Source of the DNA: Mobula hypostoma
Lineage: Eukaryota
Length of the DNA: 64,000 nucleotides
Direction of reading: 5' to 3'
Assembly (NCBI RefSeq): GCF_963921235.1
Contig: NC_086097.1
Location: forward strand, 235,912,001 to 235,976,000
Part shown: one piece after another, positions 12,636-25,905 of the stretch
Layout: the number at the start of each line of letters is the position of its first letter
How positions within the stretch are numbered: the stretch's first letter is position 1
Notes under the pieces: generated by a model
Database searches by the model: none
What the model saw: the letters and a program-made list of their open reading frames with translations, nothing else
Told to the model about the DNA's origin: nothing
Position numbers and translations under genes: made by a program

Positions 12636-12990
12636 ATAGCAGCACATTCCAATCATCCACTGCTTTCTGTGTGGAAAATAATTCCTCACTAACCCTATCT
12701 ACTGAGACTAGATGGGCGGTTGCCTTAGTCGGTATTGGGCCGAAGGACCTGCCCGTGGTGTATTGCATTATGAATCTGAACATCATCCCTTTCACCTTAA
12801 ACCTATGCCTTCTTTGAAAGATGTAATTCTTATTATCAAGCCTATCTATGCCACTCATTTTATATACTTATATCAGACACCCCCCACACCACATTCCTCT
12901 TTCATTGTAAGGAACACAAACTCAGCCTACCCATTGTTTCCTTATAACTAAAGCCCTCCAGTCCAGGTGAACATCCTCTGCACCCTCTCA
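12636..12990 (-). mobile_element. Degenerate CR1 3' fragment
   Basis: Minus-strand remnants of GIDRLD..RRHRFKVKG and F.TQK.V..WN.L. Confidence 0.6.
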
Positions 12991-13914
12991 GCATTTCAAT
13001 ATCGGGTTGTATGTGTAATTCATGATGAATATAACCGAACATAAATGAGTGCAAGACAGGAGAAGGCCCCTCAGTTCATGATGTCCTGAAGAACATTAAG
13101 ATCGGTGACTCTCTGTGGACGGCAGGGATTTGTACCAGTTTTTCTCTTAAGTATATTCCTTTGAACTTTGAACAAATTAAACTAGTAAATAAATGCCTAA
13201 ATCAAGCAGTAATCTTGGGCATGGCAATGGAGGGACAGTATGCAATAGAACAAAAGTCTTTCAGGTAAAACTGCAAAGCTGCTGAAATTTGACAGAGTAT
13301 CTGAGGTCACAAAAACTATCTGTATCTGACATGATTTCTGCGTCAGACATGCACCTAATAGTACTGTTAACAAGATTAATTGGCCTTGGTTCAGAGAAGC
13401 ACCTGTTGGTAGACGCTGATAGAACGGCTATGTTTAATAATGTCAGTCTGAACTGGGATTGTACTCGAGTAATTGTATTGCTAATTTCTTTTCCCATGGG
13501 CCTTCCCTCTCCCTACAATATCAATACCCCTTCCTCGTGGCCAATTGAAGCTGGCAGGATGTTGAACAGTCTACATATTGATACACTAATCAGGCGTCTG
13601 CCACAAGTATTTAGATAAAGTCCAAAATTGGAGGCCTGATGTCTGAGAATCTGGGAACAAGGAACTGGAGGCCCACAGATGGCCTGTTCTGGGGTCAGAG
13701 GTCTTTCTTGGTGTGAGACGGTGGATGGGTGGATGGGAAGGATGGGAAAAGGGTTTGCTTCAATGTGGTTGCTGCTTGTGTTGTTCTGTGGTACATTGTG
13801 GGCATGTTATATTGCCCCCGGAATATTTGGTGACACTTTTAAGCTGCCCTAGTGCAAATGATGCATTTCACTGTATGTTTCGATCACCATGTAAATCTAA
13901 ACGTAACTAAACTA

Positions 13915-14555
13915 ATTCCTTCTGCCTACACAATGCTCATATCCCTCCACTTTCTGCACAGAAATGTGCCTAAGAGCCTTTTAAATACCGCTATCATATG
14001 TGCCTCCACGACAACCCTTGGCAGCATATTCCAGGAACCCAGCACTATGTGTAATAAAAAATAACTTCATCTGCATATCTCCTTTTAACTTAGCCCCTCT
14101 CACCTGAAAAGCGTGCCCATTATTATTGGATATTCAGACCATGAGAAAAGATACCAGCTGTCCAGTCATGCCTCTCATAATCTTAATCTTATAGGATCCT
14201 ATCAGATCTCCACTCAGTCTCCAACACTCCAAAGGAAACCACCTGAGTTGGTCCAACCTTATAGTACATGTGCCAGAGAGTGGTGAATCTGGAATTCATT
14301 GCCTCAGGCAGCTGTGGAGGCCAAGTCTTTATGTATATTTAAGGCAAAGGTTGATAGATTCTTGAATGGTCAGGGCATGGAGGGATATGGGGGGCGGGGG
14401 GAAGGCAGGAGATTGGGGCTGAGAGGAAAAATGGATCAGCATGATGAAATGGCAAACAGACCCAATGGGCCAAATGGCCTAATTCTGCTTCTATATCTTA
14501 TGGCCCTTTGGTCTTACATACTCTCTACTGCAGGCAGCATCCAGGCAAACCTCTC
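13915..14555. mobile_element. Degenerate CR1 3' fragment (-) interrupted by a CR1 tail (+, ~14273-14515)
   Basis: CAGAGAGTGGTGAATCTGGAATTCATTGCCTCAGG..GGCCTAATTCTGCT tail lies inside a minus-strand CR1 remnant. Confidence 0.65.
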
Positions 14556-15058
14556 TTAATAGCACTCATTTTGCAACAGTATCCAAGGTGAGTTTTACCT
14601 GTGTCATTTTATGCATGACTGCCGGTACAGAAATTATAGGGACAAAAGCTGAAGCCATCATTTTGACATATTTGAGGCATTTTTAACTTTTTTTTTGCAG
14701 CACAAACCTTTTACATTTCAAAACTATGCAACATTCTTTGTGTGATGATGGCAGCTGGAAGGAGAAATTTCAGATGTTTTGGTCGGTTGAAATCTTGCCT
14801 TGACAGCAATTTAGCAATCCCTGGGATTAATAGGATGATAAATGGAGCCGATTTTGCAATGACCAGCAATCTGCCTTGCCATTTATTACACAGGTGATGA
14901 AGGTTGTGTGTGAATTCGAAGCAGAATACAAGAAAGTGGGAAAGTTTGAGAATAACAAAAGAAGGAATTAAAGAAGACGACAAAAGCAACAGGAATGTAG
15001 AGCACAGAAAGCGAAAAATGAGGAAAGGAACAGGGGAAGCAATAATGAAAGAGGGAAG

Positions 15059-15301
15059 TGTTGCATATTTAATATTTCAAAAATACCTGAGTAACCCTAT
15101 ATATATTGTTTCATTAAGCACTCTTGTTTGGTTAAATAATTTATTACGGGTTATCTGTTAAAGTACGTGAATGGTATACAACATCACGCCTCCATGTGAT
15201 ACATGCACGCCCTTTTAAAGTAATTTGGAAATTACACCCGCATTTTGGACTCCCATGTTGTTACTTGAATTAGCTTAATGTTTTGAAGTTACAAAACGTA
15301 A
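15059..15301 (+). repeat. Short LTR-like interspersed repeat (second copy ~21790-22042, -)
   Basis: Starts TGTTGCATATTTAATATTTCA. Aligns by eye along its length with the reverse complement of 21790-22042 (TGTTGTATTTTTAATATTTCA..GAATGGCATACA..AAAGTA..ACTCCC..AATTAG). Confidence 0.5.
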
Positions 15302-15554
15302 TGGAGAAAAATTAGGAAAAGGAAAGTGACGAGAAAAGGGGAAACAGAAAAAGGAAACAATAGCAAATAAATGTAAATGAGGAAGTGTGAGATAAAGGGG
15401 AATGAAAGAGATATGTCAGAAAAATTGAAGAAACTGAAAGTGGGGATGCAAAATTCAAAGTGTGATAGAAATGAGAGTTAATGACAGAGGGTATTCCAAA
15501 TCTGAATTATATACTGTGCATTGGAAACAAAGGCACAGATTTTTAATCTGTGGA

Positions 15555-16312
15555 ATATGGTGTAGGGAAGTTACAGTTATTTACTTTGATAGAAGTAATA
15601 AAGGTGCAGACTATTTTCTAAATGTGGAGAAAATTCAGAAATCTGAGGTGCAAAGGGACTTAGGAGTCCTTATGCAGGATTCCTTAAAGGCTAACTTGCA
15701 GCTTGAGTTGGTGGTAAAGAAGGCGAATGCAATGTTAGTATTCGAGAGGACTAGAATACAAGAGGAAGGGTTAATGCTGAGGCTTTATAAGGTGTTGGTC
15801 AGAACGCACTTGGAGTATTGTAAGCAGCTTTGGGCCCCTTATTTAAGAAGAGATGTGCTGACAATGTAGATGATACATAGGAGGTTCACAAGAATTATTC
15901 TGGGAATGAAAGTTAACATGTGAGAAGTGTTTGATAGCTCTGGACCTGCAGTATACTCACTGGAATTTAGGAGGATGTCTCTGAAACCTATCAAATATTG
16001 AAAAGTCTGGATTGTATGGATGTGAAGAGGATGTTTCCTATAGTGGATAAGACAAAAACCAGAAGGCACAGCCTCCGAAAACAGGGACAGAACAGAGATG
16101 AGGGGCAGTTCTTTCAGCCAGAGGCTGGTTACTCTGTGGAATTTATTGCCACAGACAGCTGTGGAAGACAAGTCATGGGATATGTTTAGTCAGGGCATCA
16201 AAGGTTATGGGGAGAAGGCCAGCAGAATGGGGTTGAGATGAATAATAAATTAGCCTTTATAGAGCAGACACAATGGGCCAAATGGCCTAATCCTGCTCCT
16301 ATGTATTATGGT
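15555..16312 (+). mobile_element. Degenerate CR1 3' portion
   Basis: QKSEVQRDLGVL..VKKANAML..LYKVLVRTHLEYC motifs and CR1 tail. Confidence 0.85.
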
Positions 16313-17029
16313 CAAAGCTGAATAAATTTTAATTACCAATAGTGGAGGTACGTGAATGTTTTCTCATCTGGTAATTCCAGAATTCCTTAATCTCCACCTA
16401 TTTAGATCTCAACCAGACATACAGTAATGTTTGTTATTTATAAGTCATTTGTCAATCATCTGCACCATTACATGTATCTCATGTTCCCCACCCCAATCAC
16501 AGAGTTCTACACAAATCCTCCCCTTTCTTTGCAATTTAAAATATTTTTTTTTCTCTAATTTTTCCTAATCTCGAGCACACATCTTTTGTTCAAAATTCTG
16601 TAAATGTGGAAGTTCATGTAATCATCTGTTCATCAGGTGCAACAAATACAATGACTTTGCAAGAGGTTTGGTTTCACTCATATTTGGGCCATTCAAATGT
16701 ATTAGCAAGCAAGCAATGTCTGAAAATTTGAGGTAAGTATTTATTATGAATCACTATGTCTGGTACAAAAATATCCACCTTTATCCAGGAGGGTTATCCA
16801 CATTTACCCTGCATAGGAGGGTTTATTCCAATCAGTATATTAGGACTGGATATGGATAGAATGAGTGAGTGGTGAAAACTTTGCAAACGGAATTTAATAT
16901 TGGAAAGTGTGAGGTTACGCACTATGGTCAGAACAATCTATTATTAACTAATAAGGGCAGATTACTATCTAATTGGAGGAAGGTTGTTGATGAACAAAGT
17001 ATACAGTGATCTGGGTATTTCCTCCCGGA

Positions 17030-17626
17030 GGCAGGAGGAGAAGATGGTGGAGCGACACAGCGCGCTAGCTCTCCGGTGAAATGATATCGTATTTGTTAGT
17101 AGGACGCCGTGCGCAATTCTGATTTGATGGAGACAGACGTGAGAAGGCACAGGGGAGCATCTGGAGAAATTTCTGAAATGCCCGGTTCGCTGCCGCTGCT
17201 ACTGTGCGATCAAGAATCTCCAGAGGGAAGGCCCCAAAATCCCCAGCATTGCCTGCTGCTGGCGACCGAGGCTGAGATCGAAGCGTTTGGATAGAGATGG
17301 TGCTCGGTACTCAGTGTCAGAGGGCTGATCGGAGCTCAAAGTTTTCAGACGACTCAGAGTCGAACTGTGGTCGGGCATGGCAGGGAGAGTTTTCTTCCTT
17401 CTCCCGTCTGCGTGAGATGTGGGACTTTTGAGAGACTTTGAACTTTTTTACTGTGCTCATGGCCTGTTCTTCATCAAGTTATGGTATTGTTGCACTGTTG
17501 TAACTATATGTTATAATTGTGTGGTTTTTGTTAGTTTTCAGTCTTGGTCTGTCCTGTGTTTCTGTGATATCACACCGGAGGAATATTGTATCATTTCTTA
17601 ATGCATGCATTACTAAATGACAATAA
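17030..17626 (+). mobile_element. Non-autonomous CpG-rich retroelement
   Basis: Begins GGAGAAGATGGTGG; homologous to 18960-19638(-) and 6741-9956(-). Confidence 0.8.
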
Positions 17627-17855
17627 TCTAATTTACATGCAAAAATGCTAGCTGTTAAGTACAACAAAAAGTTATTAAGGTAAATGTGATATTGGCCTTT
17701 ATTCCTTTATTGCAAGTGGGCTGAAGTATTGTTACACTGTACAAGTTGAGGTGACACCTCTATATACACCAGCATTGGAGACAGTCCAAAAAGATTACTG
17801 AGGCTAATTTCTGGGATGAGAAGGTTGTTCTGTCAGGAAATACGTAGGAAATAGA

Positions 17856-18953
17856 TAACAGAAAGTCTGCAGGTATTGGAAATCCAAAGCAACGCACACA
17901 AAATACTAGAGGAACATAACAGTTCAGGCAGCATCTATGAAAATGAACAAACAGTTGAATTTTTGGGCCTAAACCCTTCTTCAGCAGTAGAAAGAAAGAT
18001 GCAAGAATAAAAAGATGGTGGTGGGGGTAGGGAAGGGGAAGGGGAATGATGCTAGCTAGAAGGTAATAGAAGCCAGGTGGGTGGGAAAGGTATAGGACTG
18101 GAGAAGAAGGAATCCGATAGGAGAGTGGACCATCAGAGAAAGAGAAGAAAGAGAAGAAAGAGGGAGCCAGGGAGAGGTGGCAGGCAGGTGAGAAGCGGTA
18201 AGAGGCCCAAGTGGGGAATAGAAGAAGAAGGGAGAATGGGGGAATATTTTTTCTGGAAGGAGAAATCAATATTCATGACATTAAGTTGGAGGCTATTCAG
18301 AGGGAATATAAAGTGTTGCTCGTACACCTGGAGGATGGGCTCATCTTGGAACAAGAGGCTGTGGGCCTGCATGTCTAAACAGAAATAGGGATTGGAGTTA
18401 AAATGTTTTGCCACCAGGAAGTTCTGCTTGTGGCAGGTGGAGCGGAGGTTCTTGATGAAGCAGCCCCTCAATTTACAATAGGTCTTAGCAATGGAGGACT
18501 GTTTAGGGGCCTTGAATAGAGGTGAGGGAGGAGGTGAATGGGAAGGTGTAGGACGATGGCCACTTGCAGGCATTTGTGCCCGTGGGTTCAACGGACAAGA
18601 GAATTGCAGAGGGAGCAATCCCTGCAGAAGCTGGGGGGGGCGGGGGGAGATACATTTATTGGTCGGATCCCTTTGAAGATGGCACAAGTTGCGGAGGATG
18701 ATGTGTGGGATGCAAAGGCTCATGGGGTGGTAGGAAAGAACTAGAAGAACTCACTTAAGGCTGTGGGAAGATGGAGTGAGCACGTATATTCAGGAAATAG
18801 AAGATATGAGGGTGAGGGCAGCATCAATATTAGAGGAAGGGAAACTCCATTCTTTGAAGAAGGAGTATATCTCTGATGTCTTGGAAAGGAAAACCACATC
18901 CTGAGAATAGATTTGGCAGAGGTGACAGAGCTGAAGAAAGAAAGGAATAGCAT
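17856..18953 (-). mobile_element. Degenerate Penelope-like element (RT C-terminus, GIY-YIG remnant, pseudo-LTR)
   Basis: Minus-strand remnants HIILRNLCHLQRDPT, FLVAKHFNS and EQHFIF.L.SLQ..MNIDFS, plus a pLTR terminus with a decayed hammerhead. Confidence 0.8.
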
Positions 18954-18959
18954 TTTTTT

Positions 18960-19638
18960 TAGATTAGATTATGAGGACACTCAGTCCTCGTTTATTGTCA
19001 TTTAGTAATGCATGCATTAAGAAATGATACAACGTTCCTCCAGTGTGATATCACAGAAACACAAGACAGACCAAGACTAAAACTGACAAAAACCACATAA
19101 TCATAACATATAGTTTCAACAGTGCAAAGCAATACCGTAATTTGATAAAAATCAGACCATGGGCACGGTAAAAAAAAAGTCTCAAAATCCCGATAGCCCC
19201 ATCATCTCACGCAGATGGTGGAAGGAAGAAACTCTCCCTGCCATAAACTTCCAGCGCCGCAAACTTTCCGATGCAGCACCCTGGAAACCTCCGACCACAG
19301 CCGACTCTGAGTCTGTCCGAAAACTTCGAGCCTCCTACCAGCCCTCCAACACCGAGCACCGAGCACCATCTCTGCCGAGCGCTTTGACCCCGACCCCAGC
19401 TGCCGAGCAACAGGCAAAGCCAAGGACTCGGGGCCTTCCCCTCCGGAGATTCTGGACCACACAGTAGCAGCAGCAGCGAAACGAGTATTTCAGAAGTTTC
19501 ACCAGATGTTCCTCTGTGCTTCTAACGTCCGTCTCCATCAAATCAGGATTGTGCACAGCATCCTACTTGACAAATAACAGATATTCATCACCGGAGTGGC
19601 CGCTGCGTGCTGCGTCGCGCGCCATCTTCTCTTCTTCC
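18960..19638 (-). mobile_element. Non-autonomous CpG-rich retroelement, apparently complete
   Basis: Minus strand begins GAAGAGAAGATGGCGCGCGACGC and ends AATAAAC GAGGAC TGAGT GTCCTC ATAATCTAATCT. Confidence 0.8.
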
Positions 19639-20267
19639 CTACATTTTCCCTACAGAAATAGATCTCTGTTCTTTAGAGTTTAGAAAAATTAAAGGTGATA
19701 ACATTAAAACATGCAAGTTCCTTGAGGAAATGACAGGGCAGATGTCAAGATATCCCCAGGTGGGAGAATCTTTAATTGGGAAACATAATTACAAGAGCAA
19801 GGACCAGCCATGTAACAGTAATTTCTACTTAGAGGGTTGTTCTCTACCCCCAAAGGATAGTGGAAGCAAGGTCATTGCAGGTATTTAAAAAGGGCATAAG
19901 GTAATTTTTTGAATCATTAAGAAATTGAGGGCTATGGGAGTTGGTGCAAGAGGAGATGCAGTTCGCGAGAGATTAATACTGATCATATTGAATAGTAGAT
20001 AAGGCTTGATAGGCTGAAATGAAGAGTTGTAATATTCCAATTATTTTACTTCATTATTCAACAAAGTATTCACTTTAGATTCATAGCCTGCTATTCAAAC
20101 AAGATTCAACCATGATTTTTCTAGGAATTTAGGAATGTAAATGTGAGAACATCATCAAAAATTGGTTTGATATTTGAATTGTAAATATTTCTCACATTTC
20201 TCAGCTTTGTCAAATTTATTTTACATTTGCGTGTATTCACATGCTGGTAAAACTATAAATGACTCCT

Positions 20268-21100
20268 GTCATTTCCAAAGCTGTCCTTCCAACAAACATC
20301 TTTACCTCCCACCAGCCCTCCCAACTATCCACAGGGATCACTCCCTCCATGATTCCTTTGTCCATTCATCCCTCCTGGCACTTATCCCTCCAAGCAAACA
20401 AAATGCTGCACCTGCCTATTCATCTCCTCCCTCACCTTCATTCAGGGACCCAACTGTCCTTCCAGGTGAGGCAACACTTCACCTGCGAATCTGTTGGGGT
20501 TCTCTTGATGCGGTCTCCTCTACACTGGTGACTCCCATCATAAATAGGGGTACTGCTTCGTCAAGCACCTCCACTCTATCTGCCAAAAGTGGAACTTCCT
20601 GGTCACCAAATATTTTAATTCCCATTTTCATTCCAATATGTTGCTCCATGGACTCCTCTTGAGGAACAATGATGCCACCCTCAGGGTGGAGGAGTAATAA
20701 CTTATACTCCATCTGGGTAGCCTCCAACCTGATAGCATGAATATCGATTTCTCCTTCTAGTAAAAAAAATGTCCTCCTCTTCCCCTCTTCTTCTATTCCC
20801 CACTCTGGCCTCTTACATCTTCTCACCTGTCTATCAACTCCACCTGGATCCCCTCCTCCTTCTCTTTCTCTAACAATTACTCTCCTCTTCTATCAGATTC
20901 CTTCTTCTCCTTTCTATCACTTAGCTATCAACTTTCCCTCCCCCACCTTTTATTCTAGCATGCTTCCCCTTCTTCTCCAGTCCTGAAAGGTCTTGGACCA
21001 AAACATCATCAGTTTGTTCATTTCTATAGATGCTGTCTGACGTGTTGAGTTCCTCCAGCATTTTGTCTGTGTTGCTTTGGATTTCCAGCATATACTGAAT
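20268..21100 (+). mobile_element. Degenerate Penelope-like element 3' part
   Basis: CTGTCCTTCCAGGTGAGGCAACACTTCACCTGCGAATC (F.V.QHFTCES) and CTGGGTAGCCTCCAACCTGAT (LGSLQPD), followed by a pLTR terminus. Confidence 0.8.
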
Positions 21101-21139
21101 TTATTTATATTTATTATTTATTACTATTTCTTGACTATA

Positions 21140-21668
21140 TTACTTTCCACCTTGTCACTTGTAAAAATGCCATTCTCTTTTCTCGGTTCCTCCATCTCCG
21201 CAGCACCTGTTCAAAGATGAAGCGTTCCTTTCCAGAACATCAGAGATGTCCTCCTTCTTCAAAAAACGGTGATTCCCTTCCTCTACTATTGATGCTGTCC
21301 TCACCCTCATCTCCTCCATTGCCCAGACATTGCCCTCACCACATCATCTCACCGGCTGAACAGGGAAAGAGTTCCTCTTGTCCTTACTACCACTCCATAA
21401 ATCTCCACGTGCAGCACACCAATCTCCACAAACTCTGCCATCTTCAATGGGATCCTGCTACCAAGCACATCTTTACCCACCCCACTCAACTCTCTGTTTT
21501 CCACAGGGATCACTCTCCCTGGGATTCCCTTGTCTAGCCAGCCCTCCCCACTGATCTTTCCCTCGGCACTTATCCCTGCAAGCGGATGAAGTGCTACACC
21601 TGCCCATTCACCTCCCCTCTCACCACCACTCAGGGCACCAAACAGTCCTTCCAGGTAATGCAACACTG
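21140..21668 (+). mobile_element. Degenerate Penelope-like ORF fragment (small inverted piece at ~22045-22108)
   Basis: CKNAI..S.FL.LR..CS..EAFLSRTSEMSSFFK and HLQWDPATKHIF remnants. Confidence 0.75.
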
Positions 21669-22107
21669 CGCCTGCCATTCTCGTTACTACCATCAGGGAA
21701 GGGATATGGGATCCTGAAAGATTGTTGTGCATTTGAACGCATCTATCTTTTCAATGTAGCCAGCCATTTATGCTTTTACGTTTTTTATTTATTATTAACA
21801 CTAATTGAAGGACAAACGCGGGGAGTTTGGAGGCAAGCATGTGTACTTTGCTCTTTACTTTAATGAGATGCACATTTATGATGTGTGGCATAATGATGTA
21901 TGCCATTCATGTAATTTTACATATAACTCCAAATGCATTATATAAACAAGCAAATGCTTCATCAAACAGTATGTTTTTTAACAGTATAAACAGTATATTT
22001 ATAATATTACTCAAATATCACTGAAATATTAAAAATACAACAACCACCTTTACCTGGAAGGACTGTTTGGTGCTGTGAATGGTGGCGAGAGACAAGGTGA
22101 ATAGGCA

Positions 22108-24025
22108 GTGCATTCCAAGCACCCATCACTCTCTGCATCTTAAAAAAAACACTTGCTCCTGACACCTCCTTTGAAATTCTCTCACCCGAGTTGCATGCAC
22201 TCTGGTATTAGACATTTCAACTATGCAAAAAAAATAGACTATCTACTCTCTCTATGCCTCTTGTAATCTTATAAATTTCCATCAGACCATCTCTCAGCCT
22301 CTGCAGCTCCAGGACCAAATCACCCAAGTTTGTCCAAACTCTCGTTATAGCACATGCCCTCTTCTCAAGGCAACATCCTGGTAAACCTCTTCTACACCTT
22401 CTCCAAAGTCTCGAAATTCTTCCTATAATGGGGTGACCAGAACTATATGCAATACTCCAAATGTGGCCTAACTAAAATTTATAAAGATGCAAAATAACTT
22501 CATGATTTCTCAACATATGCATTGACTGATAAAGGCAAGCTTGCTGTATACATTCCTAACCCCCTTATTAAACTGTGTAGCCATTCTCAGGGTGTTATGA
22601 ATTTGAACCACAGGATCCCTCTGCTTGTCAACACTGTTAAGCATCTTGCCCTCAGCAGTGTACATTTAACCTACCAAGGTGCAACACTTCACATTTGGCT
22701 GCGATAACTCCATCTGACATTTCTCCAGCCATATCTGCAAATCATCTATATCCCCTTGTAGTCTTTGCTAATCTTCTAAGCCTTGGACAACACCTCCAAA
22801 TTTCATATCATCTGCAAACTTACTATTCCACCCATCTGTATTTTCATCCAAGTCATATATATATATATCTATATATATATATATACACACACATATATCT
22901 CAAACAGTAGAGAGCCCAGCAAAGATGTCTGCAAAACACTTCTAATCACAGGCCGTCAGCTAGAATAACTCCATAGACAAGCCAGTTCTGATTCCAAATG
23001 GCCAATTCACCGCAGATCCCATGCATCTTAATCTTCTTGATGAGCCTCCCATGAGGGACCATGTCAAAGGCCTTAAGAAAATCCATGTAGGCAACATCCA
23101 CAGCTCTACCTTCATCAATCACCTTTGTCACCATGTCAAAAAATTCAATCAAGTTAGTAAGATATGACTTGCCCCACACAAACCCATGCTAGCCATCGCT
23201 AATGAGGCCATGTTTTCTCAAATGTTTATAAATCCTATCTCAAATAATTCTTTCCAGTAACTTCCCTACCACTGAAGTCATACTATAGTTTCCAGGATTA
23301 TCACTGGTTCCCTTCTTGAATAATAGAACAACAATAGTATTTGTTGGTCCTTTGGGATCACGCCTGTGACTAGAGTTGATACATAGATATTAGTCAAGGC
23401 CCCAGAAATTTCTTCTCTTGCTTCCCTTAGTAACCCGGTGTACATCCCATCTGGCCCTCGGGACTTATCCATCTTAATGCTCTCTATGAGACCTTACATT
23501 ACCTCCTCCTTTACCTCAAAATACCCTAGCGTATCAATATACACAACACTTATCTCCCTGTCCTCCATGTCCTTCTCATTGGTAAATACTGATGTAAATT
23601 TCATCCATATCCTTCACATCTAAGCAAATTTTCCCCTTTTTGTTCTTGGGTGGTCGTATCATCTCCCTAGTTATCCTCTTGTTCTTGATGTATGTATAGA
23701 ATACCTTGGGATTTTCTTTATTCGTACTTGCCCTCTTAGCTTTCCTAATTCCTTTGTTGAGTTATTTTATTTAATCAAGTTTGATTCCAGCTTCCTTGCT
23801 ATACATTGCTTTTTCTTCTTGTCTACACTTTCCTTGTCCAAGGTTTTCTGACCTTGCTATCCTTGGCTTCCCTCTGAATGGAATATACCTGTCCTGTATT
23901 CTGTGCAGTTGGTCTTTAAACACCCTCCACATATCGGATGTGGACTTGCCCATGTACAGCTGTTCTCAGTTAACTCTCCCGAGTTCCTGCCTAATGCTCT
24001 CGTAATTTGCCCTGCTCCAGTTTAA
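22108..24025 (-). mobile_element. Degenerate CR1 ORF2 region
   Basis: KSYLTNLIEFF..VDVAYMDFLKAFDMVPH and DKSRGPDG motifs in minus-strand ORFs. Confidence 0.85.
22855..22899. repeat. (TA)n/(CA)n microsatellite
   Basis: ATATATATATATATCTATATATATATATATACACACACATATATC. Confidence 0.9.
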
Positions 24026-25905
24026 TACTCACTCACAACATCCTTCAGCCTTCACAGATGCTGTGTTACCCGGAAGCTTGTCTTTTATTCTCAGCTCATG
24101 ATGATCTGTGGCTTGGAGATCAACCTGTGGATGGTGCCGTGAGGTAATGTAATGGGTGGAAACACATATAATTCACAACCATCAACACTGAGTTGGGTTT
24201 CACTTCAAGAGGCTGTCTGATGTGATGACGTATTTATGTGAAGCTTTTTACCACATTTCATGTTCTGTGTTTGGTTGACAATAAAGGAATTTTTACAGTT
24301 TCCCTTAAACTTAAAATGCCTCTGCTGTTTTATTTAAAGAAACCTGCACTGGTGTTCCCAATGCTCTAGGATGATTCCAGATTTATTCAAGCTGATACAG
24401 TCGCTTTGAAACTGCCCGAGGTTTTTGAGTCAAATGCTGCCGCTTAGTTTGAACAAGCTGAGGACCAATTCGTCCTGTGAGAAATCTCCATGGACACCAG
24501 ATATTACTACATAGTAATGTCACTCAGTAGTTCCATGACAGCGAGAGTGGTGAGTCTGCTTGAACACCTGTCTGAATGTGATAAATATTGATCACCGAAA
24601 CATCACTGGGTGATCTGGAAGACCATATAAGGAATCTGGAGCAGCAGCTGGATGACCTTTGACTCATAAGGGAGAATGAGGCAGTCATAGATGAGAGCGA
24701 CAGGGAGGTAGTCACACCTAGGCTGCTGGAAGCAGGTCGTTGGGTGACAGTCAGAGGGGGAAAAGCGAAGGTGAGTAGACAGGTACTGCAGAGCACCCCT
24801 GTAACCATTGCCCTGAATAATAAATATACCGTCCTAGATACCGTTGGCGGGGACGACCGACCAGGGGTGAGCCAAGGGCTCTTCTGCAGAAGGTGGGACC
24901 TGTACGGATTGGATGGGTTGCACTTGAACTCGAGGGGGAGCAATATCCTTGCAGGTAGGTTTGCTGGCATGGTTCGGGAGGGTTAAAACTAATTTGCAAG
25001 GGGGATGGGACCCGGAGCAATAGAGCAGTGGAAGAAGTGCATGGAGTAAAGCCAGATCTAACATATAAAGAGACTTTGAGGAAAGAGAAGCAGAATAAAG
25101 AGTGTAAAGGTAGTAGGGTAGAAGGGCTAAAGGGCGTGTACTTCAATGCAAAAAGCATCAGGAACAAAGATGATGAACTGAGACCTTGGATACATGCATG
25201 GAATTATGATGTAGTGGCCATTACAGAGACATGGCTGGCACTAGGGCAGAAATGGATTCTCAATATTTATCATGGTCCAGATCGGGGTCCCTTTATATTT
25301 AGCTTGTTTATGTTACGATCCGGACCGTTGATTCCCTGTTTTCCTGCATCCCTCGACTTTGGTGATTAGAGGTAATTAACATTCGGCTGAACCGGTAGTT
25401 TCTAGTCTCCGGCTTTCAGCCGTTCGGTGCGGGAGCGTCTGCTAAGTCTGCAAAGTCACGGCGTGCCAATGTCATCTGGCCGGTACAACCCTGTCCAGTT
25501 ACCTTGCCAAAGCGAGCCTGCAAAGTTTCCTCTTCAAGGTGGGTCCGTCAGTTAACCCGCCGGACAGAATCAAGAGCCGCTGTCTACTGTTTCCGGGCTG
25601 AGTCGAGAGCTCGGCACTACCCAGAGGTTCCAAGCACCACGTCCTGGCTCCGGCGGCGTCCAAGTACCACGTCCACTCCTGGCCCTGGCGGCGTTCAAGA
25701 ACCACGTCAAGTCCTGGCCCTGGCGACTTCCCAGTTCTGAGTCTAGTCCTGGCCCTGGCGGTCTGTGATGCCTGTCCTATCCCCTTGTCTGAATCCCTTC
25801 TCTGCCCCTCTCACCTCTAGCCCTCGTCTGCAGCCCCCGTCTGCACTTCGGTCTAGTTCCATCACCGGAGCTAGATAGGTACTGTCTGGTGTTCATTCGT
25901 GTTGG

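Larger units (their letters stand above)
16825..19995 (+). mobile_element. Old CR1 fragment broken by three insertions (pieces ~16825-17025, 17627-17850, 19640-19995)
   Basis: Degenerate EW.K..Q.EFN.GKCEV.H, DLG.., RPHL and SLEFRK.KGD.I.T.K motifs occur in colinear order across the pieces. Confidence 0.55.

Noticed and set aside
13289..13618. 109-aa ORF in unique sequence as a host exon
   Set aside because: Non-ATG start, no recognisable homology and no convincing splice-site pair.
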